DNA of 64,000 nt from Chlorobiota bacterium (GTDB taxonomy: Bacteria; Bacteroidota; Ignavibacteria; Kapaibacteriales; NICIL-2), in NCBI GenBank assembly GCA_026416585.1, contig JAOAEV010000109.1, forward strand, positions 12,261-76,260, given 5' to 3'. The notes under the pieces are model-generated. The model was not told the DNA's origin and searched no databases. It worked only from the letters and a program-made list of their open reading frames with translations. How positions within the stretch are numbered: the first letter of the stretch is position 1; every line of letters starts with the position of its first letter. Below, in pieces: positions 30,742 through 39,305 of this stretch. The position numbers and the translations under genes were made by a program.

Positions 30742-33261
30742 CTACTCACGCCATTTCTCTACTTGCTGAACAATCTGAGAAGCCAGATCTATAGCTTCTA
30801 TTTCAGTATCAGCTTCTGCGACAATAAGAAACTCGCTTCGCTCCGACGATGGCATTACAAGAGCGGAGCGGCCATCATTGTAATGGATCTTCACCCCATC
30901 AATCAACTCTCGTCGATACGAAGCACTCCATTCCATGACTTGACGCATTACAGCTCCCTTTCGGTGCCACGGGCAAAGAACGGCACGCCGCACTTGATAA
31001 CGCTTCGGTAATGTTTCATCAAGTTCGGACAGCACGAGCCCGGTGCGCGCAATCATTTCTAATAGCTTCCCGATCGTGTAGAGACCATCAGTCGCTGTAC
31101 TAAACTCTGGGAAAATAAACCCGCCACGGGTTCCGCCAACGAAATGGACTTGTTCGTTTCGCGTAGCTTCCATCATTGCCGAATGTGAATTTTTGGTACG
31201 GATAACCGTGACGCCGTAGTCAGCTGCAATAAGGTCCACTTCGCGAGTCGCTTCAACCGGCACAGCAATAGCATATGGCTGATGTGAGCGATTACTCTCA
31301 AGAAAAAGCTTTGTGACGATTGTAAGCAACCGCATCGAAGAGAACCAATACCCACGGTCATCCACAAGTGCAATTCGCTCAACCCCAGGGTCTATCTTGA
31401 AACCAATTTCATAGCCAAGCGAGCGCATGATGTTGGAAATTTCTCGGCGATTGTCTTCATCGGCAGCCGTCGTCGAAGCACGATACGGCTCGATGTAGCT
31501 ATTAACGGCAAGCGCTGAACAGTCCAGCTGGCCCAGAATACCCGGAAATATGCTCACGGCCATTCCAAAGCTATAGTCGATCAAGACACGAAACCGGCGC
31601 TGCCGTATCAGTTCCACATCTAACGCAGAAAGGTACTGTGCAATGTATGACTGATTTTGTCTTTCTGGGTATCGCAGGTGGCCAACGCGCTCGAAAGGTA
31701 CTCTCCGGATATCCTCACCAAAGAAGAAACGCTCGATTTTTTTTGTCATATCGGTTGAGATGTCCCGCCCATCGGGACCAAAAAGCACAATATCTGTCTG
31801 GGTTGGATTCCGAAACGATCGTCGAACGTGGAAACCAATAGCCGCCCCCCTGTTTCTCGTTGCTATTCGTGCTTGGGGGATCGGCGTGGTTTGCAAATCA
31901 TCAACACTGATACCAGCCGACAGCAGACCAGCAACCAGTGCATGCTTGATAAGCCGGGATGTCGGGTCTGGGTCGCGTGAGGAAATAATGGTATTACCGA
32001 TTGGAAGTGCAGTACCGATCGCCGTTCCAAGCCGCGCTGCAAATTCCGCATTCATTTCTACGTTCGAAGCCCCACTGATCCGGGCATGAGTGAAAAGCTC
32101 GCGTGCCCATTTTTCCTCTTGAATCATCGAGCGAGCAACGATTGCAAGCGGCTCGACAATTTTTCGCGGCCACAGCTTGATGTTCGGCTCAAGAGTGGCA
32201 CCATCACCTATCACACACTCCTCAGCAATAAACACATTCTCCATGACCGTCACCCCTGAACCAACATTGACACCTTGGGCAAGCACATCAGTATCCAGAA
32301 ACGAATGCATCCCGACAGTGACCTTATCCCATAGCACAGAACGATTGATCTGAGCAGCCGGCTCAATGATGCAGTCTTTGCCAATGACCGAGTTTTCGAT
32401 AATTGTGCCATCCCCGATCGTCGTACCATCGCCAATGACAACAGCCCCGCGAAAACGGACATTGTCTCCGATCTGGCAGCCCTCACCAATCCACACACTA
32501 CCATGTTTTGTGCCACCAATGGAGACCGCAACTTTACCTTCCAAGACATCGAAGTGCGCCTGTTGGTATTCGTTCAGATTGCCAACATCACGCCAGTATC
32601 CGCTTGCGATGTATCCGTAGAGACGATCACCGCGCTGAAGCATGAGTGGAAAGAGATCCTTGCTGAAGTCAAACTCCCGCGATGCAGGAATAAGATCAAG
32701 CACGTGTGGCTCGATGATATAAATGCCTGTATTGATTGTATCACTGAAGACTTCGCCCCAGCTCGGCTTTTCCAGGAATCGTTCGACACGACCATCATCG
32801 GCAGTGATAACGATGCCATACTGCAAAGGATTATTCGCTCTAGTCAAAACAATCGTTGTATCAGCATTGCGCTGGCAATGGAATTCGATAGCCTGAGTCA
32901 GATTGAAGTCCGTCAAGACATCACCGCTGATAATCAAAAACCGCCCGTTCTGCAAGAACGATTCAGCATTCTTGATACTCCCTGCTGTTCCATAGTCTGC
33001 CGCCGCGAGAACATACTCCATCGTCACGCCATGGATAGCTCCATCGCCGAAATACGATGTGATTGCATCTGGGTTATAGTACAGCACCGCGAGCACTCGT
33101 CTCATGTTGTGTTTCGCCAGAAGACGCACAATGTGCTCCATCATCGGTGTGTTCGCGATCGGCACCATCGGTTTTGGTAACTCCATTGTCAGTGGTCGGA
33201 GTCGTGTCCCGAAGCCACCAGCCATTACGACTGCGGTATGTACAGTCATTATCCGCACCAC
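30742..33261 (-). CDS. Bifunctional sugar-1-phosphate nucleotidyltransferase / phosphomannomutase-phosphoglucomutase
   Basis: The N-terminus has a nucleotidyltransferase motif (VVMAGGFGTRLRPLT) and left-handed beta-helix hexapeptide repeats. The C-terminal PGM/PMM four-domain region contains GGTRGGF. Confidence 0.75.
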   Translation of the reverse strand: MVRIMTVHTAVVMAGGFGTRLRPLTMELPKPMVPIANTPMMEHIVRLLAKHNMRRVLAVLYYNPDAITSYFGDGAIHGVTMEYVLAAADYGTAGSIKNAESFLQNGRFLIISGDVLTDFNLTQAIEFHCQRNADTTIVLTRANNPLQYGIVITADDGRVERFLEKPSWGEVFSDTINTGIYIIEPHVLDLIPASREFDFSKDLFPLMLQRGDRLYGYIASGYWRDVGNLNEYQQAHFDVLEGKVAVSIGGTKHGSVWIGEGCQIGDNVRFRGAVVIGDGTTIGDGTIIENSVIGKDCIIEPAAQINRSVLWDKVTVGMHSFLDTDVLAQGVNVGSGVTVMENVFIAEECVIGDGATLEPNIKLWPRKIVEPLAIVARSMIQEEKWARELFTHARISGASNVEMNAEFAARLGTAIGTALPIGNTIISSRDPDPTSRLIKHALVAGLLSAGISVDDLQTTPIPQARIATRNRGAAIGFHVRRSFRNPTQTDIVLFGPDGRDISTDMTKKIERFFFGEDIRRVPFERVGHLRYPERQNQSYIAQYLSALDVELIRQRRFRVLIDYSFGMAVSIFPGILGQLDCSALAVNSYIEPYRASTTAADEDNRREISNIMRSLGYEIGFKIDPGVERIALVDDRGYWFSSMRLLTIVTKLFLESNRSHQPYAIAVPVEATREVDLIAADYGVTVIRTKNSHSAMMEATRNEQVHFVGGTRGGFIFPEFSTATDGLYTIGKLLEMIARTGLVLSELDETLPKRYQVRRAVLCPWHRKGAVMRQVMEWSASYRRELIDGVKIHYNDGRSALVMPSSERSEFLIVAEADTEIEAIDLASQIVQQVEKWRE

Positions 33262-33344
33262 AGGAAAAATGACGGTGATGCAATATACAGTGCAACTGAC
33301 ACCCAGCTGTGCAATCGAACTCTACCCCCAGTTCGACCGCTTGA

Positions 33345-36300
33345 TTATAGATCGAGGCCTATCGAAAACAGCCACCATGGTACAGACCAATTCTGCCCAT
33401 CATATCGCCAGGCAATGTCTATTTTGAGAGGAAATCCGGCAAGGACGGTCCGCAAACCAATACCACAGCTCATCATGATCGTCCCCGACGGATAGACTGT
33501 GTACGTTTCGCCGCCAGAGTAAATCGTCTGCGGCGGTCGCAATGCAATGACCTCGTTCCCACTCCATGCGGTCCCAATGTCGAAGAATAAACACCCTAAA
33601 AGCCCACCAATCGAGATCGGTACAGGACCGCCTGCAAGTGCATAAAAGATTGGGAACCGCCATTCCGCGTTGAGCAACAGATAGCGTGTACCACTTTCTT
33701 GACCAAGCGCAAATCCGCGTAGCGGCATTGCAAGTTGCAGAAACGCTAAATCCTCTGGTTCAAAAAATAGTGTCGCATCGTCAGCAATCGCGCGGTTGAA
33801 CCAATTATCTCCTGCTCCACCAAGATGAAACCGACGTGGTGCTCCGCCCGTGCTCACTCCACCGGCAAATCGTATCATTGCACCGTAGAGGTAGCGATAC
33901 ACAGGGATATACCATCGCACATCAGCGGTGAACAGTGTAAATGGTTTCGTCAGCGGAGAGAAATCAGCGCCAATATTGGCTCGAATTCCACGATATGGCG
34001 CCAGAATTCCAAAGTCTGTATCATCGTAAATGTAACGAATGCTCGGCACAAGATAATTGGCACTATATCCCGGGTCAGTTGGTACCTGTAAATTTTCACG
34101 TTCAATCCCAACCCATCGTAAACCGAGTTCGACTCGCTGGAATGTCGTCCACGCATAGACAGCGTCCAATCCTGCACCATAGGTGCGAAGTAAGTTATAG
34201 GAATATCCTCCCCAACTATCAGGTAATACCCAGATGGTCGAGAATTGATTGGCAGTCCCAAGGTAATCAATAATGCCCGGCAGATACGCGTATTGGAAGT
34301 AGAAAAATGTATTTCGTAGATCCTGCCAAAGTGCCACTTGTCCGAAGATCTGGTGATCACCCATGATGTCACTGAACAGCATTTGAATGACTCCCTGTAA
34401 CGATCCCCAGAGCGTATTGTATCCGCCTGTGCTCAAGAGCAGATCGTTTGATATGGAAACTTTATATGGGCGGGGAGTCAAGTCGTATCCCGGCCGGACA
34501 TCGGATGAAGCGCTCAGCCGCTGTTGTCCCCGCTCTTCCTCGCTGGCTGGTCTGACAATGGGTTTGGGAAACTCGATCTCGAACGCTCCATACCCAACGA
34601 ACGTCGCACGAGATGCGGCACGGAGCGAATCAGCCGCACCAACAATCCGGCGAAGCTTTGCTTGTTGCTCAATCTGAGCGAGCTTGAATTTTGTCAGTGG
34701 TAGAGAATCTAAGCGCGACAGCTCAAAAGGATTTCGTATCATGAACAAGTCGTATCCGACTCGGTTCTGTGCAGCAAAAATCAATTTTGAATCATCGCGC
34801 GCTAAGCTCAACTGCATCAAACCAGACATGGTGTTGGTTAGCGGATAGGAACGACGCGATTCGAGGTCAAGCAGATAAAGATTGCCAATTCCATTGGCAT
34901 CGGAAACATATAGCAGCCGTTGCCCGTCATGGCTAATCGCCAGTGATGATTTTTTCCCATTGGGTTCATCAGTAATTCGTTCGATAATACCATTCGTAAT
35001 CGCAATCCGATAGATGTCGCTGCTTCCAAGAGGATATGACCACATTGTAAAACCTGACCGTGCAGTGTACTGCCCATCAAGGTGTTCGCCTCGTTCCGAG
35101 ACGAAGTAGATGTAGGCACCATCCGGACTCCACGTCGGATTGGTTTCGTTGAAAAGATCGTCAGTGAGTTGCACGAAAGTCTTACGCTCAACATCAAACA
35201 GATACAAATCCGGTTGTTCAGCTCTGACTCCTTCGATGGCGATATAACGACCGTCGGGAGACCACGCTGCACTCGCCATTGCCGGTAAGCCAGCGGTGAA
35301 TTTTTCATAGTCACCACTTCGTGCATCCACAATGTAGAGCGCATCTTCTCCTCCAGATTTTGCGGTAATTGATAGCTTCGTACCGCTTGGATTCCATGAG
35401 ATGCCCGGAGTGAGAATGTTCAGCTCTTCAAAATCCAACGACCTCCCCGAACCAATCAGTTTGGTCATTTTCTTTGTGGATAATTCCATAACATAGATGC
35501 CAAAGTCGCCATCCCGATCAGAAAGGAATGCCACTCGCTGCCCGTCTGGGCTGATTGCAGGCGAAGAGTAGTAGTAATTGTCGTCTTTGGTATGATCGGT
35601 CAGTCTCTGTGCAAATTCATCGAGGCGAACGAATCGGTCCAAATCGGGCCAGTACATCTTCTTCATTGCATTGACCCATTCGTCAGAAAAGTCCTGGAGT
35701 GTTTTGCCAAACGTCGCCTCGAATGCTGCGGATGGCGTGGGGCTGTTGCGAAGTTTATGGATAAGCTCAGCAACTTTGTTACGGCCATATTGGCGCTCGA
35801 TGTATGCGTAGAACGCTTGCCCGCCCCGGTATGCCAAGTATCCGTTGAGCTGATCAAGCGGACGTAACTCCTGGCTGAGCGCCAGATCACGCATAAACAT
35901 GTCAGTTTGCGTATCGAGCCCGTCGAGGCTCTCGAATTCTGCCAGACCTTCGTTCATCCATAGTGGAATGCTCACCTGTGACATCAATGCATATTGAATT
36001 GTGCCCCCATAAAACATTTCATTGAGGTACGCATGCACGAGTTCGTGATGGATAACATGGCGAAATTTGTCCCAATCACCCTCGTAGGGCAACACCATTC
36101 TGTTTTTGAACAACTCCGTAACACCACCGACACCCTCAGGTAACAATTGCCCAATAACATTCGTCTGCTGAAACTGGTTGTGCGATCCGTAAATAATGAT
36201 GCGAAGGCGCTTTGTGGGACGATAACCGAAATGTTGAATGAGTGAGGCTAATGCATCTTCAGCTTTGTACGCACAGAACGTCGCCAAGTAACTCAGCGAA

Positions 36301-36467
36301 TCGTGGAAATACACGTCAAAATGTGGCGACGTAATGTACCTCCACTCGAACGATTGGTATTGAACCTTGTTCTTGCCAAATTGAACTGTGCTTAACTGCG
36401 CTGATGCTGTGACGGATATGAAAATTATCACAGCCATCCACTGCACTCGTAAAGCCATGGCGGTCAT
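33345..36467 (-). CDS. Outer-membrane multidomain protein: signal peptide, gluzincin-like HExxH...NEGxAE domain, TolB-like PD40 beta-propeller repeats and an Omp85/BamA-type C-terminal beta-barrel
   Basis: The signal peptide ends ASA|Q. The metalloprotease-like segment reads VIHHELVHAY followed by WMNEGLAEF. Several PD40 repeats follow (SPDGQRVAFLSDRDGDFGIYVM, SPDGRYIA, SPDGAYIYFVSERGE, SHDGQRLLYVSD). The C-terminal roughly 350 aa has alternating hydrophobic strands and a terminal aromatic, typical of surface-antigen/Omp85 barrels. Confidence 0.7.
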   Translation of the reverse strand: MTAMALRVQWMAVIIFISVTASAQLSTVQFGKNKVQYQSFEWRYITSPHFDVYFHDSLSYLATFCAYKAEDALASLIQHFGYRPTKRLRIIIYGSHNQFQQTNVIGQLLPEGVGGVTELFKNRMVLPYEGDWDKFRHVIHHELVHAYLNEMFYGGTIQYALMSQVSIPLWMNEGLAEFESLDGLDTQTDMFMRDLALSQELRPLDQLNGYLAYRGGQAFYAYIERQYGRNKVAELIHKLRNSPTPSAAFEATFGKTLQDFSDEWVNAMKKMYWPDLDRFVRLDEFAQRLTDHTKDDNYYYSSPAISPDGQRVAFLSDRDGDFGIYVMELSTKKMTKLIGSGRSLDFEELNILTPGISWNPSGTKLSITAKSGGEDALYIVDARSGDYEKFTAGLPAMASAAWSPDGRYIAIEGVRAEQPDLYLFDVERKTFVQLTDDLFNETNPTWSPDGAYIYFVSERGEHLDGQYTARSGFTMWSYPLGSSDIYRIAITNGIIERITDEPNGKKSSLAISHDGQRLLYVSDANGIGNLYLLDLESRRSYPLTNTMSGLMQLSLARDDSKLIFAAQNRVGYDLFMIRNPFELSRLDSLPLTKFKLAQIEQQAKLRRIVGAADSLRAASRATFVGYGAFEIEFPKPIVRPASEEERGQQRLSASSDVRPGYDLTPRPYKVSISNDLLLSTGGYNTLWGSLQGVIQMLFSDIMGDHQIFGQVALWQDLRNTFFYFQYAYLPGIIDYLGTANQFSTIWVLPDSWGGYSYNLLRTYGAGLDAVYAWTTFQRVELGLRWVGIERENLQVPTDPGYSANYLVPSIRYIYDDTDFGILAPYRGIRANIGADFSPLTKPFTLFTADVRWYIPVYRYLYGAMIRFAGGVSTGGAPRRFHLGGAGDNWFNRAIADDATLFFEPEDLAFLQLAMPLRGFALGQESGTRYLLLNAEWRFPIFYALAGGPVPISIGGLLGCLFFDIGTAWSGNEVIALRPPQTIYSGGETYTVYPSGTIMMSCGIGLRTVLAGFPLKIDIAWRYDGQNWSVPWWLFSIGLDL

Positions 36468-36594
36468 GGTTGGGGAAACATCACACCAGAGCCTGGTAAC
36501 GAGTGCGCCAGCAATCTATTGAAAAATCAAAAGCTATAGTTGGTTCGAGCCTCGATAGTTTCGCAACGTTGAACAGTTCTCATCATTCCGTGCT

Positions 36595-37557
36595 ATGCCG
36601 GTTTTCCAGTCTGCCAGCCATTATTGCGTTATCGAGTGCACAGGAAATGACAGCGTGGATTTTTTACAGCGGATGACAACAGGGAACATCACATCGCTTA
36701 AAAGCGGCGAATATCTCCGCACTGCACTTGTAACCGAGAAAGGACGACTCGTAGACGTGCTCACTGTGCTTCGGAATGATACGCGCAACTGGTTATTACT
36801 TTGCACAGCGAGCCAGGCGGAAGCTATCTATCGCTGGTTTCGCAAGTACATTATCATGGATGATGTACAGCTACGTTTTGCCCAGGAGTACCACTCGGTT
36901 GAGTTGTGGTTTATTGGAGACAGCGTCTTGAACGGACACCGCTTCCTTCCCTCTTCCAATCACGTTCTGGAATTCGAGCTCGCTACGTATAAAAGCATTG
37001 CGGCCATTGTGAGTCAGTCACCTGATCATTGGGATGTCCCCTGCATTGTGGTTACTGTTCTCAGCAATCTAACAAAGGAGAAGCATGACGATTTCACGCG
37101 TGCCATCGCGGCACCGTCGCTTGACGATGAGCAACGACACTGCCTCCGAGTTCATGCTGGAATTGGCTGTGCGCCAAACGAATACAACGACCGCTACACA
37201 CCAAATGACGCTGGACTGAACGCTTATCTCCACCTTGGGAAAGGATGTTTCATCGGACAGGAAGTGATTGAACGACTCACGGTACAGCAGAAGTCACGGT
37301 GGAAGTTGTATTCGATCTCAACCGATCAGGCAGGGTATGATGAACTGCGGAGTACACCAGAGTTGTTTACAAACAGTGATCGTGATCCTGTTGGGCACGT
37401 TACATCAGTTGCTCCACCCTGCACAATGTTCGTACCCTCATGGCTTGATTACAGGGGACTTGCATACGTTGCCTCGTCGATAGGTACCCCCGAACAGTTG
37501 CACACGCAAAATGGAGTACCAGTGTATCTTCGTTGTGCAATACGATACGAACAGTGA
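36595..37557 (+). CDS. ygfZ: YgfZ/GcvT-like folate-binding protein
   Basis: GKGCFIGQEV corresponds to the KGCYxGQE YgfZ signature. The architecture is aminomethyltransferase-like. Confidence 0.7.
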   Translation: MPVFQSASHYCVIECTGNDSVDFLQRMTTGNITSLKSGEYLRTALVTEKGRLVDVLTVLRNDTRNWLLLCTASQAEAIYRWFRKYIIMDDVQLRFAQEYHSVELWFIGDSVLNGHRFLPSSNHVLEFELATYKSIAAIVSQSPDHWDVPCIVVTVLSNLTKEKHDDFTRAIAAPSLDDEQRHCLRVHAGIGCAPNEYNDRYTPNDAGLNAYLHLGKGCFIGQEVIERLTVQQKSRWKLYSISTDQAGYDELRSTPELFTNSDRDPVGHVTSVAPPCTMFVPSWLDYRGLAYVASSIGTPEQLHTQNGVPVYLRCAIRYEQ

Positions 37558-37569
37558 GCAGTAAAAGCT

Positions 37570-38430
37570 ATGCATCATACAGAAGACATGCCAGAACTCC
37601 ATCGTGCTTCCAAAGCATACGACAATAAGGAGTTCATGCATTCACCAGCAGCACGGTCACTGCGAATCCTTGCTGAGTATTTGCAGCCAGCCACTCAGTT
37701 CCGTCTTGAGCGGATTTACAACACTATCATCTTTTTTGGGTCGGCACGAGTGCGATCTCCTCAGCAATTGCAGTACGAAATCGAAGCATTACAGCTTCAC
37801 ATCGAGCGATCAACAGGTGCCGAACAAGAACGGACAATCGCCAAGCTCGAACAACTGCGACGACAAGCTGAGTTGTGTCAGTACTACGAGGATGCCGTAG
37901 GACTTGCACGGTTGCTTACATCGTGGTCATTGACACTGCCCCAGGAGAAGCGTTTCTATATCTGCACTGGTGGCGGCCCCGGCATCATGGAAGCTGGGAA
38001 CAAAGGAGCGTACCTAGCCGGTGGAAAATCTATCGGTCTCAATATCAGCATTCCATTTGAGCAAATTCCCAACCCTTATATCACCCCAGAACTCAATTTT
38101 GAGTTTCACTACTTTTTCATGCGAAAGTTCTGGTTTGCCTACCTTGCAAAAGCAATGGTAATTTTCCCCGGAGGCTTGGGCACACTCGACGAATTGATGG
38201 AAATTCTCACACTGGTTCAAACCGGAAAGATTCGCAAACAAATGCCGATATGCATCTATGGCGAGGCATATTGGCGCAAGGTCATCAATTTTGATTACAT
38301 GGTTGATTCCGGTGTTATCGGTCCTGAGGATTTATCCTTGTTCCGATACGTCAACTCGCCAGAGGAAGCCTTTGAGTACTTGCGAACCGCATTAACCGAG
38401 ATTCATCAGCTACCATCTACCGTCTCGTGA
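37570..38430 (+). CDS. LOG-family (TIGR00730) nucleotide 5'-monophosphate nucleosidase-like protein, long form
   Basis: The LOG Rossmann signatures GGGPGIMEAGNKGA and PGGLGTLDELME are present. Confidence 0.75.
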   Translation: MHHTEDMPELHRASKAYDNKEFMHSPAARSLRILAEYLQPATQFRLERIYNTIIFFGSARVRSPQQLQYEIEALQLHIERSTGAEQERTIAKLEQLRRQAELCQYYEDAVGLARLLTSWSLTLPQEKRFYICTGGGPGIMEAGNKGAYLAGGKSIGLNISIPFEQIPNPYITPELNFEFHYFFMRKFWFAYLAKAMVIFPGGLGTLDELMEILTLVQTGKIRKQMPICIYGEAYWRKVINFDYMVDSGVIGPEDLSLFRYVNSPEEAFEYLRTALTEIHQLPSTVS

Positions 38431-39305
38431 TAAATTCTGAGCAACACATGCACGATTGTAGCGAGCTACAAGCACTTGCTGATTTACTCGACGACACTGA
38501 CCCTGTTGTCACAACAGCAGTGCAACGACGCTTGATTGCCTATCAATTCGCTGCAGTTCCGATGTTGCGTCGGATCCTACACGAAAGTACACCTGATAGC
38601 ACTACACACGCAAACGCCCTGGCATGCTTACGGGGAATTCAAACCGAAGCGCTAAGTCAGTTGGTGGGAGATGTCATGATGGCTATTGCGGAGAATACTG
38701 GAGTGAATTTAGAGCGTGCAGTGCTCAATTTATCTGCATTTGCATTTCCCGAAACAAATCCGGAGCCCTGCAGTCGCTGCCTCGACGAACTAGCGCTGGC
38801 GGTTGCACGTCGGGCTCGCAATCAGAGCGCTATTCAACAATTACTTGCACTCAACACTGTGCTTTTTGAGCAAGAAGGTTTCCGCGGCGCAATCGCTAAC
38901 TTCTACGCACCACAACATACCTACATCGCTCCCCTATTGCATACACGAGAAGGCATACCGATCACGCTATCGGTTCTTTACATCCTGGTTGCTACTCGCA
39001 TTGGCATTGAACTACACGGTATAGGTATGCCTCTGCATTTCCTGGTATATCATCCTGAGCTGGATGTCTTCATTGATTGCTTCAACGCAGGTACGTTTAT
39101 ATCGCGAGCTGAATGCCGCAGATTTATCGAGCAAGCTGGTTTCACGTTCTCCGATACCATGCTCGAGCGACGATCGAATATCGAGATTGTGCAACGAATG
39201 ATACGTAACGCTATCTATGCACACACGAAAGCGGGAGAGCAATGGGAAGCCGACACCCTCACTGAAACTTTAGAGATTATTACTCACCTGACCGAACAGC
39301 AATGA
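38427..39305 (+). CDS. Transglutaminase-like superfamily protein (SirB1/YchA-like)
   Basis: YILVATRIGIELHGIGMPLHFLVYH resembles the YchA core. It overlaps the LOG gene stop and the protease gene start by 4 nt each. Confidence 0.5.
   Translation: MINSEQHMHDCSELQALADLLDDTDPVVTTAVQRRLIAYQFAAVPMLRRILHESTPDSTTHANALACLRGIQTEALSQLVGDVMMAIAENTGVNLERAVLNLSAFAFPETNPEPCSRCLDELALAVARRARNQSAIQQLLALNTVLFEQEGFRGAIANFYAPQHTYIAPLLHTREGIPITLSVLYILVATRIGIELHGIGMPLHFLVYHPELDVFIDCFNAGTFISRAECRRFIEQAGFTFSDTMLERRSNIEIVQRMIRNAIYAHTKAGEQWEADTLTETLEIITHLTEQQ

Noticed and set aside
32503-33180. 225-aa plus-strand ORF inside the nucleotidyltransferase/phosphomannomutase gene
   Set aside because: It is antisense to a well-supported 839-aa enzyme gene, with no motifs and a Cys/His-rich random-looking composition.
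36542-36551. GGTTCGAGCC, a tRNA T-loop-like motif in the 127-nt gap upstream of ygfZ
   Set aside because: The flanking sequence cannot form the T-stem, acceptor stem or any cloverleaf. It is more likely part of a divergent promoter region.
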